From: Candidatus Omnitrophota bacterium
GTDB lineage: Bacteria; Omnitrophota; Gorgyraeia; Gygaellales; Profunditerraquicolaceae
Assembly (NCBI GenBank): GCA_025453395.1
Contig: JALOQK010000002.1
Coordinates: forward strand, 85,625 to 149,624
Length of the DNA stretch: 64,000 nt
Direction: 5' to 3'
The notes below the pieces were generated by a model, which saw only the letters and a program-made list of their open reading frames with translations, had not been told where the DNA came from and did no database searches. This document shows, in pieces, positions 9,137 to 18,872 of this stretch (within the stretch, counting starts at the first letter, position 1; each line of letters begins with the position of its first letter). The position numbers and the translations under genes were made by a program.

Positions 9137-10642
9137 ATGTATTCTCTCACATTCAAAGAATTCTTAAAGCTGTCGCGCCGGGGAAACGTTATTCCTATAT
9201 ATAAGGAAATAAACGCTGACCTTGATACGCCTGTTTCTGCCTATTTAAAGATTGCAAGCGGGGATTTTTCTTTTCTTCTTGAATCTGTAGAAGGCCAGGA
9301 GAAAATAGCGCGTTATTCTTTCTTGGGGGCCAACCCTGCGCTTGTCCTGCGGGCCTATGGCAAAAAGATCCAGATTATTGATAAGGGCAGGGCATCTTCT
9401 AAAAGATTTACCGCTTCTAAAGACCCCCTTGATGAAATACGCCAGATCATGCAAACTTTTAAGCCGGTGGCTATAAAAGAACTGCCGCGTTTTTCCGGGG
9501 GGATGGTCGGTTTCATGGGTTATGATATGGGCAGGTTCTTTGAGAATATACCGGATAAAAATCCTGATAAGTTAAATCTTCCCGACATGGTATTTATGCT
9601 TACCGATACCATTCTTATTTTTGACCACGTTCGGCATACGATTAAGATTGTGGCGAATGTGATTTTGCCGGACAAGAAAAATCCTAAAGCCAGGTTAACC
9701 AAGCTTTATAAGAATGCGCTTAATAACATTACGCAGATGCATAAGCGTTTGAATCAACCGCTTGCTGGCAAAGAAATGGAATTCTTGAATTGCGCAAAGA
9801 AAGTCAAAGTTTCTTCTAATTATAAAAAGAGCGAATTCCAGGATATGGTTAGAAAAGCCAAAAAATATATTCGCGCCGGAGATATTATTCAGGTGGCTTT
9901 ATCTCAAAGGTTCAGCCTTGCCTTGTCCGGGCAGGCATTTGATGTCTACCGCAGGCTGCGCGGGATCAATCCTTCGCCGTATATGTTTTTTTTGAAATTA
10001 GATGATATTTCTTTGGTGGGCGCTTCTCCGGAACTTTTAGTGCGTTGCGAAGACGCAATTATACAGACCCGCCCCATTGCCGGGACAAGGCCAAGAGGCA
10101 AGAACGAAGAAGAAGACAAAAAGCTGGAAGAAGAATTGCTTAATGACGCCAAGGAAAAAGCCGAACATATTATGCTGGTAGATTTAGGAAGAAACGATCT
10201 GGGCCGTGTGGCAAAATCCGGCAAAGTCCAGGTCAGTCAGCTTATGAAGGTGGAGCGTTATTCGCATGTGATGCATATTGTTTCTGAAGTAAAGGCCTTG
10301 TTGGATGAGAAATTTGACGCCTATAGCGCCCTGCGGGCCTGTTTCCCCGCCGGGACAGTTTCCGGCAGCCCCAAGGTAAGAGCCATGGAAATTATTGATG
10401 AACTTGAAAACACCCGCCGCGGGCCCTATGCAGGCTGCGTGGGGTATTTTGGGTTTTCCCAGAATATGGATACCTGCATCACTATACGCACTATTGTAAT
10501 TAAGCAAAGAACATGCTATATTCAGGCAGGCGCCGGGATCGTAGCGGATTCCCGGCCTGAAAAAGAGTATTATGAAACTGTAAATAAGGCTAAAGCTTTG
10601 ATTGAAGCAATTAGTGTAGTCACTTGCCAGAGGCAAGTGTGA
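9137..10642 (+). CDS. anthranilate synthase component I family enzyme (TrpE/PabB-type chorismate-utilising)
   Basis: 501 aa with the conserved C-terminal chorismate-binding domain (GAGIVADS, PYAGCVGYF). Confidence 0.85.
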   Translation: MYSLTFKEFLKLSRRGNVIPIYKEINADLDTPVSAYLKIASGDFSFLLESVEGQEKIARYSFLGANPALVLRAYGKKIQIIDKGRASSKRFTASKDPLDEIRQIMQTFKPVAIKELPRFSGGMVGFMGYDMGRFFENIPDKNPDKLNLPDMVFMLTDTILIFDHVRHTIKIVANVILPDKKNPKARLTKLYKNALNNITQMHKRLNQPLAGKEMEFLNCAKKVKVSSNYKKSEFQDMVRKAKKYIRAGDIIQVALSQRFSLALSGQAFDVYRRLRGINPSPYMFFLKLDDISLVGASPELLVRCEDAIIQTRPIAGTRPRGKNEEEDKKLEEELLNDAKEKAEHIMLVDLGRNDLGRVAKSGKVQVSQLMKVERYSHVMHIVSEVKALLDEKFDAYSALRACFPAGTVSGSPKVRAMEIIDELENTRRGPYAGCVGYFGFSQNMDTCITIRTIVIKQRTCYIQAGAGIVADSRPEKEYYETVNKAKALIEAISVVTCQRQV

Positions 10643-10683
10643 ATCAGGCATAAACGCCAGAGGCCTGCCTGATTCAAAAAAAG
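10641..10683 (+). other. 10 bp perfect stem-loop (GAATCAGGCA..TGCCTGATTC) followed by an A7 tract immediately 3' of trpE-family gene
   Basis: Seen in sequence; it has no U-tract on the + strand, so it is not a canonical + strand terminator. Confidence 0.4.
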
Positions 10684-10696
10684 GAGGAAAAAAGAA

Positions 10697-10948
10697 ATGG
10701 CAGTTAATGTAAGGTTAAGAAGAATAGGAAAAAGGCCCAAGAACCGGGCGCATTTTAGAATTGGCGTTTATGACCAGAGAAGAGGCAGAGATGACCGGCC
10801 TATCGAAGAAATAGGTTTTTATAATCCCGGATCCGGGCAGATCAAGATTGATCTTGAGCGTTTAGGGTATTGGGTGAAAAACGGCGCTCAGCTTTCTAAT
10901 ACGGTCGCCAGCATTTTTAAAAAACAATCAAAAGCAGTTAAAGCATAG
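10697..10948 (+). CDS. rpsP: 30S ribosomal protein S16
   Basis: 83 aa with a typical S16 N-terminus (MAVNVRLRRIGKR). Confidence 0.93.
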   Translation: MAVNVRLRRIGKRPKNRAHFRIGVYDQRRGRDDRPIEEIGFYNPGSGQIKIDLERLGYWVKNGAQLSNTVASIFKKQSKAVKA

Positions 10949-11070
10949 AAGCGCAAAACGCAAAGCGAAAAATTTAAAACTATAATTCAAAATTAAAAAG
11001 TTTTTAATTTTACGCTATAGTTTTACGCTTTTCGCTTTTAGTTTTACGCTAACGTTAAGGAGGATGTTAA
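10949..11070. repeat. intergenic repeat element copy C (GCAAAACGCAAAGCGAAAA arm, AAAATTCAAAATT motif, one truncated ~66 bp unit)
   Basis: Shares a unit of 50 bp or more with copies A and B. Confidence 0.85.
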
Positions 11071-11071
11071 T

Positions 11072-11368
11072 ATGCCTACAGGCGCCCAAGCAAGCCCATT
11101 GATGCAATTTATTCCGCTGGCTATGATTTTTGTTATTTTCTATTTTCTGATCATCAGGCCTCAGAAAAAAAGCCAGCAGGAACACAAGGCGATGATAGAA
11201 AACCTTTCCAGGAATGATGATGTGGTTACTTCTTCAGGCATCCATGGAACGATTGTAAACATCAAAGATAAGACAGTTATCTTAAGGATAGATGACAATA
11301 CCAAGATTGAAATAGAGAAAAGCTGTATTGCTTCCTTAAAGAAACAGCCTGCTGCTGCGGCCAAATAA
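11072..11368 (+). CDS. yajC: preprotein translocase subunit YajC
   Basis: 98 aa with a single transmembrane segment and the YajC core; precedes secDF. Confidence 0.85.
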   Translation: MPTGAQASPLMQFIPLAMIFVIFYFLIIRPQKKSQQEHKAMIENLSRNDDVVTSSGIHGTIVNIKDKTVILRIDDNTKIEIEKSCIASLKKQPAAAAK

Positions 11369-11392
11369 AATAAGAAAGGTAGAGAAAAGGTT

Positions 11393-13594
11393 ATGGAAAG
11401 AAAGCTTCTTTTTAAGGCGTTTTTTGTGCTTTTGGTTATGGGATTATTCGCGTATTTTGCTTTTCCTTTGGATAAACGCATTAATTTAGGCCTTGACCTA
11501 AAAGGCGGGATGCATTTATTGTTAAAGGTGGACACTCAAAATCTTCCTGAAAAAGAAAAGCAGGATGCCTGTGACCGCGCCTTGGAAGTTATCCGTAACC
11601 GTATTGATGCTTTTGGCGTGCGCGAGCCGTCTATTCAGAAACAGGGATTAGATGAAATTGTGGTTCAGCTTCCCGGAGTTACCGATCGTGACCGTGCCTT
11701 GGAATTGCTTGGTAAGACCGCTTTATTGGAATTTAAAATCGTGGAAAATGACCCGGTAAAAGTAAAAGACGCTATTTCCGGCACTCCGGCCGCAGATGTT
11801 GAGGTAAAAACCCTGGAAGAGAGCAAGGAGCAGATTGTCCTTAAAAAAGATTCGGTTTTAACCGGAGGCGCTCTTACTAACGCCAGCGTTAGATTTGACC
11901 AGAGTTCTTTTAATGAGCCGTTGGTCGCCATAGAGTTTAATGCCGAGGGAGCAAAGAAATTCGCTGATATTACCAGTCAAAATATAGGAAAACGGCTGGC
12001 TATTGTTTTGGATGGCAAGGTGCAGTCGGCTCCTATGATCAAAGAGGCTATCCCTTCCGGACAAGCGGTAATTACCGGAAGATTTACCCCTGAAGAAGCC
12101 CAGGACCTGGCGATTATCTTAAGGGTCGGCGCCTTGCCGGCTCCGATGTATGTGGAAGAAGAAAGGACTATCGGCCCGTTATTAGGGCAGGATTCTATTA
12201 ATGCCGGCATCAAGGCCAGTTTAATCGGCGGCGCGTGCATTTTACTTTTTATGCTTATCTATTATTTAATCGCTGGCGTAGTTGCTAATATCGCGCTTGC
12301 TTTGAATATGCTTATTATCTTAGGCGGCTTGGGGATGTTGCCAGTTTTATTCCCGGGGATCTCCGCGACTTTAACTTTGCCGGGTATTGCTGGTATTGCT
12401 TTATCTTTAGGCATGGCAGTTGACGCCAATGTTTTAATTAACGAGAGGATCCGCGAGGAACTCGCCGCAGGCAAGACCTTGCGCAATGCTATTTCTAATG
12501 GTTATTCGCGCGCCTTTAGCGCCATATTTGATTCTAACCTTACTACCCTTGTGGCGGCATTTTTGCTTTTTCAGTTTGGCACCGGGCCCATCAGAGGTTT
12601 TGCGGTAACCTTGACCATAGGTTTGATCGCCAGCATGTTTACCGCGATTTTTGTCAGCCGGGTTATTTTTGAAGTTTTGGTATCGTTAAAGATCATTAAG
12701 TCTCTTCCTATGCTGCAGTTTATCAAGGAAACCAAAATTGATTTTATCAGTAAAAGATTTATCTGTTATACCTTGTCAGCTCTTGTAATAGGGGCGGGGC
12801 TTTTCTATTTCTTTAAGAACGGCAAGGCAAGTTACGGCATAGATTTCTCCGGAGGCCAGGTACAGGAGTATAGTTTTAAGAATCATGTTCCGGTAGATAA
12901 AATAAGGGTTCTTTTAAAAGAATCCGGTTATCAGGATGTTTCTATTCAGCAATTTAAGGATAATCCCAGAGTAGTTTTAATTAAAACTACTTCTGAAAAA
13001 AGCGATATTATCGCTAATAAGCTTAAAGAACAATTTCCTCAAGAAGATGTGCAGATTATGCGCATAGAAAAAGTTGGCCCCATAGCCGGAAAGCATCTGC
13101 AAACTAAGGCCATACAGGCGGTCCTCTGGTCGTTTGTCGGGATCTTGGTCTATGTGGGATTAAGGTTTAGGCATTTTGATTTTGCTATTGCCGGAGTTTT
13201 AGCTTTGGTGCATGACGTATTGGTGGCTTTAGGTCTTATGGCTATGACTGGCAGGCAAATTGATCTGTTAAGCGTAACTGCCTTTTTAACTATCGCTGGT
13301 TATTCTATTAATGACACAATTGTTATTTACGACCGGGTGCGCGAGAATATGCGCTTGGGTAAACGTATGAGTTTATATGAAGTGATAAACTTAAGCGTTA
13401 ACCAGACCTTGGCCAGGACTATCCTTACTTCAGGGGTTACCTTGTTTGTGGTCGCGGCTATTCTTTTCTACGGAGGAGAGGTTTTAAGTAATTTTGCTTT
13501 CGCGCTTTTTGTCGGGTTTATTAGCGGAGTCTATTCTACGGTTTATATAGCTTCGCCGTTGGTTTTATTCTTTAGCGGCAAAAAAGCCAAGTAA
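11393..13594 (+). CDS. secDF: fused protein-export membrane protein SecDF
   Basis: 733 aa; the SecD N-terminal region and periplasmic domain are followed by a SecF-type second half (IDFSGGQVQEY..). Confidence 0.9.
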   Translation: MERKLLFKAFFVLLVMGLFAYFAFPLDKRINLGLDLKGGMHLLLKVDTQNLPEKEKQDACDRALEVIRNRIDAFGVREPSIQKQGLDEIVVQLPGVTDRDRALELLGKTALLEFKIVENDPVKVKDAISGTPAADVEVKTLEESKEQIVLKKDSVLTGGALTNASVRFDQSSFNEPLVAIEFNAEGAKKFADITSQNIGKRLAIVLDGKVQSAPMIKEAIPSGQAVITGRFTPEEAQDLAIILRVGALPAPMYVEEERTIGPLLGQDSINAGIKASLIGGACILLFMLIYYLIAGVVANIALALNMLIILGGLGMLPVLFPGISATLTLPGIAGIALSLGMAVDANVLINERIREELAAGKTLRNAISNGYSRAFSAIFDSNLTTLVAAFLLFQFGTGPIRGFAVTLTIGLIASMFTAIFVSRVIFEVLVSLKIIKSLPMLQFIKETKIDFISKRFICYTLSALVIGAGLFYFFKNGKASYGIDFSGGQVQEYSFKNHVPVDKIRVLLKESGYQDVSIQQFKDNPRVVLIKTTSEKSDIIANKLKEQFPQEDVQIMRIEKVGPIAGKHLQTKAIQAVLWSFVGILVYVGLRFRHFDFAIAGVLALVHDVLVALGLMAMTGRQIDLLSVTAFLTIAGYSINDTIVIYDRVRENMRLGKRMSLYEVINLSVNQTLARTILTSGVTLFVVAAILFYGGEVLSNFAFALFVGFISGVYSTVYIASPLVLFFSGKKAK

Positions 13595-13600
13595 GTTTTA

Positions 13601-13939
13601 ATGAAAATAATAACAGAAACATTATCTTTGGGGCAACTCAAGCAAATAGCCGAAGCTGGTTTTGGCAATTTGGTAAAGGCCGTCGTGGACATCCAGAGAG
13701 AATTGGTTGCGCTTGATGCTGAGCTGCATTCAGATTTAGAGGCGCTGCTTTTAGAAGACGGCTCAAAACAAAAGGACCTCTGGGGCATCAATCTATACCC
13801 TGAAATGCGGGGCGATGATTTTATTGAATTTGATTCAATGATCAACATGCGCCCTTCGCAGGGCAATAGAAGCCGCACTGTAGACGATAAGGCAATCCGC
13901 GAGAAGATCAGGGAAATAGTTTTAAGAAGGGTTAACTGA
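13601..13939 (+). CDS. small conserved hypothetical protein (112 aa)
   Basis: ORF with good coding periodicity, tightly packed after secDF; no family assignment possible from sequence alone. Confidence 0.5.
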   Translation: MKIITETLSLGQLKQIAEAGFGNLVKAVVDIQRELVALDAELHSDLEALLLEDGSKQKDLWGINLYPEMRGDDFIEFDSMINMRPSQGNRSRTVDDKAIREKIREIVLRRVN

Positions 13940-14271
13940 TGCATTATCAGCATAAAAATCTTGCCGCCGGGAATTGGAGTAAACTATCATTTTTAGAGCA
14001 GATGGCCAATATTGGCAGCGAAGTAGAGCGCGCGCTTAATTGGCGGATAAAGAGAAATGCCGATTACTCCAAGAAAGCTTCTGAACGAGCCTTAGAATTA
14101 ATAGATTTGACCTTAGATACTGATAAGAATTATGCTCACTTGAAAGAACTTGCCCGCACCAGAGAAGCGATTGTTGATTATTTCTTTGGGGCAAACGAGT
14201 TTTTATCGTCTGAAAGCTCTTGGCGCAATTACTTCCTGCCTTTTTTGTATGCATCGGGCAGAAATCACTAA
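13939..14271 (+). CDS. small hypothetical protein (110 aa), translationally coupled (TGATG overlap) to the preceding ORF
   Basis: ORF plus 1 nt overlap coupling. Confidence 0.45.
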   Translation: MHYQHKNLAAGNWSKLSFLEQMANIGSEVERALNWRIKRNADYSKKASERALELIDLTLDTDKNYAHLKELARTREAIVDYFFGANEFLSSESSWRNYFLPFLYASGRNH

Positions 14272-14312
14272 CCGCGCGTTATCTTTAAGTCTTAGGGAAG
14301 ATATATTAGCTT

Positions 14313-16229
14313 GTGTTTAAATCTTTAAAACTTTACAAAGAAGCAGGAATTTCTCTTGACCAGGCTTGCCAGAAATTGGTTGAACTTGGTTATGCCCGTC
14401 AGGAAAGAGTATCCGAAGAAGGCGATTTTTCCCGCCGCGGCGGGATCCTGGATATCTTTGCTTTTTCTTTTGAGCTTCCTATCCGCATTGAATTCCAAGA
14501 CGAGAAGATCCTTTTTATCCGCACCTTTAATCCTGTTTCCGGGGATTATTTGTGGGAACATACCATGGTTATTGTTCTTGCCTTTAGCCGCGCGCAAACC
14601 TTTAAGTCGCTTCCTTTGTACGAAGAATTTCCTCTTGATAATTTTGTAGATTTAAAGATCGGCGATTATGTAGTGCACAACAAGCAGGGGGTGGGCAGAT
14701 TTTTAGGGATCCAGAAAATAAAAGTTAAAGACAAAACAAGCGACCATCTGGTTGTTGAATACGACCGGCAGGAAAAATTATTAGTTCCTGTGGCCGAAAT
14801 GAACCTGGTGCATAAATACCTGGCCTTTGAAGCTAAAAGGCCTAAGCTGTGCCGTTTAGGCTCTAAAAACTGGCTGGCGACTAAACAAAGGGTGCAAAAG
14901 GGGGTGCAGAAGTTAGCCTGGGAGCTTATTTCTCTTCAGGCAATGCGGCTTTCTTTGGCAGGATTTTCCTTCGCTGTTGATGATGATTGGCAGAAGAAAT
15001 TTGATGATGGCTTTATTTATGAAGAAACTGCTGATCAGATAAAGGCGGTAGAGGAAGTCAAGCGCGATATGCAGAAAGCTCTGCCCATGGACAGGCTTTT
15101 GTGCGGAGATGTGGGATATGGAAAGACTGAAGTTGCTATGCGCGCCAGCTTCACGGCGGTAACGAACAGCAAGCAGGTTGCTATTTTAGCCCCTACGACA
15201 ATCTTAGCGCAGCAGCATTATCAGAATTTTCTTTTTCGCTTTCAGGGTTTTCCGGTTGTTATCGCCTGCCTGTCTCGTTTTTCTTCAGCATCCCAGCAGA
15301 AGAAAATAGTCCAAAGAATAGCCTCTGGGCAGGTGGATATAGTTATCGGCACGCACCGGCTTTTATCAAAGGATGTTTGTTTTAAGGATTTAGGATTAGT
15401 GATCATCGATGAAGAACAGCGTTTTGGAGTGCGCGCCAAAGAAAAGATGAAATCATTCCGGCTTATCGCGGATGTCTTGACCTTAACCGCTACTCCTATC
15501 CCGCGCACCCTTTATATGGGCTTAATGGGGGCAAGGGATCTTTCTGTGATTAATACCCCGCCTGAAAATCGTTTACCTATCCGAAGCGTTGTGGTAGAAT
15601 ATGACGAAGACCTGATCCGTCAGGCGGTTGTAAAAGAGGCGGCCCGCAGAGGACAGGTGTTTTTCTTGCATAACCGGGTTGAGGATATAGAAAAGGTTAA
15701 AGAAAAACTTGCGCGTATTTTGCCGGATAATATCAGAATTGCCACGGGGCACGGACAAATGCCGGCTCTGTTTCTAGAAAAGGTGATGTCTGATTTCTTA
15801 AGGGGCAAGATTGATGTTTTAGTCTGTACGATGATCATTCAATCCGGCATCGATATCCCGAATGCCAATACCCTTATTGTGAATAACGCGCATAGGTTTG
15901 GCTTGGCAGATTTACATCAGCTGCGCGGGCGGGTAGGCAGGCTTGACAGGCCCGCCTTTGCCTATTTTTTTATTCCTAAGAATGCGGCTATGGATTCACA
16001 GGCCCAAAGAAGGCTTGCGGCCATTCAGGATTATTCTGGCTTGGGCTCGGGTTTTAAGATCGCCATGGAGGATTTGCAATTAAGAGGAGCGGGCAATATA
16101 TTAGGAGACAGGCAGCATGGGTTTATATCGGCAGTGGGTTTTGATTTATACTGCCGGCTTTTAAGAGAGACAATCGGGAATCTAAAAAAGACAGGGTTAT
16201 ATAAGGATGAATATGAGAAACTTAATTAA
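14313..16229 (+). CDS. mfd: transcription-repair coupling factor (Mfd) short form: D3-like, CarD_TRCF (RNAP-interacting) and SF2 translocase domains, lacking the N-terminal UvrB-homology module and the C-terminal D7
   Basis: GTG start. GDYVVHNKQGVGRFLGI..LVVEYDRQEKLLVPV matches the CarD/TRCF domain. Helicase motifs GYGKTEVAMRA, DEEQRFGV and RGRVGR are present. The protein ends about 30 aa after FDLYCRLL. Confidence 0.8.
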   Translation: MFKSLKLYKEAGISLDQACQKLVELGYARQERVSEEGDFSRRGGILDIFAFSFELPIRIEFQDEKILFIRTFNPVSGDYLWEHTMVIVLAFSRAQTFKSLPLYEEFPLDNFVDLKIGDYVVHNKQGVGRFLGIQKIKVKDKTSDHLVVEYDRQEKLLVPVAEMNLVHKYLAFEAKRPKLCRLGSKNWLATKQRVQKGVQKLAWELISLQAMRLSLAGFSFAVDDDWQKKFDDGFIYEETADQIKAVEEVKRDMQKALPMDRLLCGDVGYGKTEVAMRASFTAVTNSKQVAILAPTTILAQQHYQNFLFRFQGFPVVIACLSRFSSASQQKKIVQRIASGQVDIVIGTHRLLSKDVCFKDLGLVIIDEEQRFGVRAKEKMKSFRLIADVLTLTATPIPRTLYMGLMGARDLSVINTPPENRLPIRSVVVEYDEDLIRQAVVKEAARRGQVFFLHNRVEDIEKVKEKLARILPDNIRIATGHGQMPALFLEKVMSDFLRGKIDVLVCTMIIQSGIDIPNANTLIVNNAHRFGLADLHQLRGRVGRLDRPAFAYFFIPKNAAMDSQAQRRLAAIQDYSGLGSGFKIAMEDLQLRGAGNILGDRQHGFISAVGFDLYCRLLRETIGNLKKTGLYKDEYEKLN

Positions 16230-17136
16230 ATTCTGTATAGGGGTGTTTTTATTTTTGCTGTCAGCATTTTATCCCTGCTTTTTATGCGCCCAGCAGTATA
16301 AGATCGTGGCGGTAGTCAACCACGATGCTATCACTCAAAAAGACTTGAATGATTTTGTTAATTTCCTGCGCCTGCAATTATCCGAACAATTAAGCGGCAG
16401 ACAGCTTGAGGAAAAAATCCAGGAAATGAAAAAAGATCTATTGGACAGGCTCATTGAAGATAAGCTTATCTTGCAGGAAGCCAAGCATATGGGGATTAAG
16501 CCCGATGAATCCAGGGTTAAGGATAAGATAGCGCAGATCAAGAAAAAGTATCCTTCGGATAAAGACTTTCAGGAGGCCCTGATCAAACAGGGGCTTGCGC
16601 AGGAGGACTTAGAGAATAAGATCCGTGATCAGTATTTAAGTTATATGGCGGTTGAGACAAATATTAAGAATAAAATCCGCATTAACCCGGCGGATGTAAC
16701 TGATTTCTATCAAAAGAATAAGGATCAATTTATTATCCCTGAAACAAGGCAGATTCAGTCTTTGGCTGTTTCTGATTCAGGCAAGGTTCAGGAAATCTTG
16801 TCTCAGGCGAAAGAGGGGGCGTCTTTTAAAGACCTGTCATCCAAGTATGCTATTACTGCCGACAGGATGTCTGTTGGCGGTAAAGGAAAATTATCCGAAG
16901 AAATAGAAAAGGTGATATTTGATTTAAAAGAAAATGAAATCTCCAAGCCGGTCTGGCTTGCCGGGACTTATTATATTTTCAAGCTTGACAAAATAATCCC
17001 TTCCCAGAAAGAGGATTTTGAAGCCGTAAAAGGCGCCATCTACGATTATCTTTTTAACCTGAAGATGGAAGAGGGCATGTCTTCATGGCTTGCCGATATG
17101 AAAAAAAATTCCTATATCAGTATTGTCAATGATTAA
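16207..17136 (+). CDS. SurA/PrsA-like periplasmic chaperone with PpiC-type PPIase domain
   Basis: Signal peptide, SurA N-terminal-like domain and a parvulin-like segment; surA-pdxA-rsmA synteny as in E. coli. Confidence 0.6.
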   Translation: MNMRNLIKFCIGVFLFLLSAFYPCFLCAQQYKIVAVVNHDAITQKDLNDFVNFLRLQLSEQLSGRQLEEKIQEMKKDLLDRLIEDKLILQEAKHMGIKPDESRVKDKIAQIKKKYPSDKDFQEALIKQGLAQEDLENKIRDQYLSYMAVETNIKNKIRINPADVTDFYQKNKDQFIIPETRQIQSLAVSDSGKVQEILSQAKEGASFKDLSSKYAITADRMSVGGKGKLSEEIEKVIFDLKENEISKPVWLAGTYYIFKLDKIIPSQKEDFEAVKGAIYDYLFNLKMEEGMSSWLADMKKNSYISIVND

Positions 17137-18088
17137 AAAACCAAGAATTGCTATTACTATGGGGGATCCTTCCGGGATCGGCCCTGAAATTATTGCCAAA
17201 TCTTTGAATAAAATTAAAGGCTTGGCAGATTTTACAATTATTGGCGATGCCTTTGTTTTAGAAAAGTCCGGGTGCGACTTTAGAAAGAACAAAGTAAGGC
17301 TTGTGGATTTGAATAATGTTTCGCCCGGGGATTTTTGTTTTGGAAAGACCAGGGCTTCTTATGGCAGGGCCTGTGTTGATTATCTTGATGTTTGCGTGAG
17401 AATGGCAGCAAACAACCAAGTTGACTGCATAGTTACTTCTCCTGTATCCAAAGAGGCGCTAAGCATGGCAGGATTTAATATTGTCGGGCATAGTGAATAT
17501 TTCAAGAAGGCTTTTGGCGTTAAGAACATCGTAATGATGCTTCTAAACAAAAGTTTACGTTTCGCGCTTTTGACCAGGCATATACCCTTAAAAGATGTTT
17601 CCGGCAGTATTAATGCCAGCGGCCTAAAGCAGACATTTTGCCTTACCGTGGAATCGCTTAACAAGATGTTTTCCATTAAAACTCCGCGGCTTGTTATCTG
17701 CGCGCTTAATCCGCATGCTTCAGATAATGGCACGATAGGGGATGAAGAAAATAAAATCATTAAGCCGTTTTTGGCCGCAATAGGCAAAAATAAAGGTTAT
17801 TCGGTAAAACTTCTTCCGGCAGATGTGGCAATAAAAAAGATGGACCAGAAATTATTTGATTGCGCGCTTGCCTTGTATCATGATCAGGCGCTTATCCCCT
17901 TGAAATTGTCCGGGGATGATACAGGGGTAAATATCACCCTGGGGCTGCCATTGGTACGCACGTCGGCTTTACACGGGGTCGGTTTTGATATAGCCGGCAA
18001 GAATCTGGCGCGCCCCGATTCATTCATTACCGCAGTAAAACAAGCGGTATCTTGTTTCAAAAACAGCAAATATGCGCGTAATCGCTAA
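17123..18088 (+). CDS. pdxA: 4-hydroxythreonine-4-phosphate dehydrogenase
   Basis: 321 aa with N-terminal IAITMGDPSGIGPEI and the conserved metal-binding histidines. Confidence 0.9.
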   Translation: MSMIKKPRIAITMGDPSGIGPEIIAKSLNKIKGLADFTIIGDAFVLEKSGCDFRKNKVRLVDLNNVSPGDFCFGKTRASYGRACVDYLDVCVRMAANNQVDCIVTSPVSKEALSMAGFNIVGHSEYFKKAFGVKNIVMMLLNKSLRFALLTRHIPLKDVSGSINASGLKQTFCLTVESLNKMFSIKTPRLVICALNPHASDNGTIGDEENKIIKPFLAAIGKNKGYSVKLLPADVAIKKMDQKLFDCALALYHDQALIPLKLSGDDTGVNITLGLPLVRTSALHGVGFDIAGKNLARPDSFITAVKQAVSCFKNSKYARNR

Positions 18089-18872
18089 GAAAAGATTGGG
18101 CCAGAATTTCCTTGCCGATAAAAACATGCAGGGAAAGATCATTGCTTCTTTTGGGGCAAAAGAAAAAGACCGCGTGCTTGAGATTGGCCCCGGGGAAGGG
18201 GCTTTGACTGGCGGGCTTCTTGAAAAGCGGTTGAATGTCACTGCCATAGAGTTAGATAACAGGCTTTTTAAGCTTTTAGCAGATAAATTTTCAGGATATC
18301 CTAATTTAACCCTGCTTAATCAGGATATTCTGAAAACCGATATCAGGCCTTTAGCGGCAGGGCAGAAGATAAAAGTAATCGGCAACATTCCTTACTATAT
18401 AACTACCCCGATCATCGAACATCTGTTTAATTCCAGGGAAGTTATTTCCGATGTATATCTTACGGTGCAGAAAGAATTCGCGCAAAGGGTAACTGCTTCA
18501 AGCGGCACAAAAAAGTTTGGAGCATTGAGTTGCTTTGTGCAGTATTATTCCGAACCTAAAATCTTATTTTTTATTAAAAAAGATTGTTTCTGCCCAATCC
18601 CAAAAGTGGATTCGGCATTTTTGCATTTAAAGATACTGGATAAGCCCAAGGTAGAAGTTGCCGATGAAGCATTATTTTTTAAGCTGGTGCGCACCTGTTT
18701 TCAGCAGCGTAGGAAGGTTTTATCCAATACCCTAAAAAGCCTTATCCCCAAAGAGGATATTTCTTATTTCTGCCGAGAAAACGCCTTAAAGCCAAACGTG
18801 CGAGCGGAGGAACTTTCCCTGGATATTTTCGCCAAACTTGCCAATCATAAATTTTTTCAAAAAAAAGGTTGA
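18072..18872 (+). CDS. rsmA: 16S rRNA (adenine1518/1519-N6)-dimethyltransferase
   Basis: 266 aa; LGQNFL motif, SAM-binding LEIGPGxGALT and NIPYYITTPI. Confidence 0.92.
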   Translation: MRVIAKKRLGQNFLADKNMQGKIIASFGAKEKDRVLEIGPGEGALTGGLLEKRLNVTAIELDNRLFKLLADKFSGYPNLTLLNQDILKTDIRPLAAGQKIKVIGNIPYYITTPIIEHLFNSREVISDVYLTVQKEFAQRVTASSGTKKFGALSCFVQYYSEPKILFFIKKDCFCPIPKVDSAFLHLKILDKPKVEVADEALFFKLVRTCFQQRRKVLSNTLKSLIPKEDISYFCRENALKPNVRAEELSLDIFAKLANHKFFQKKG

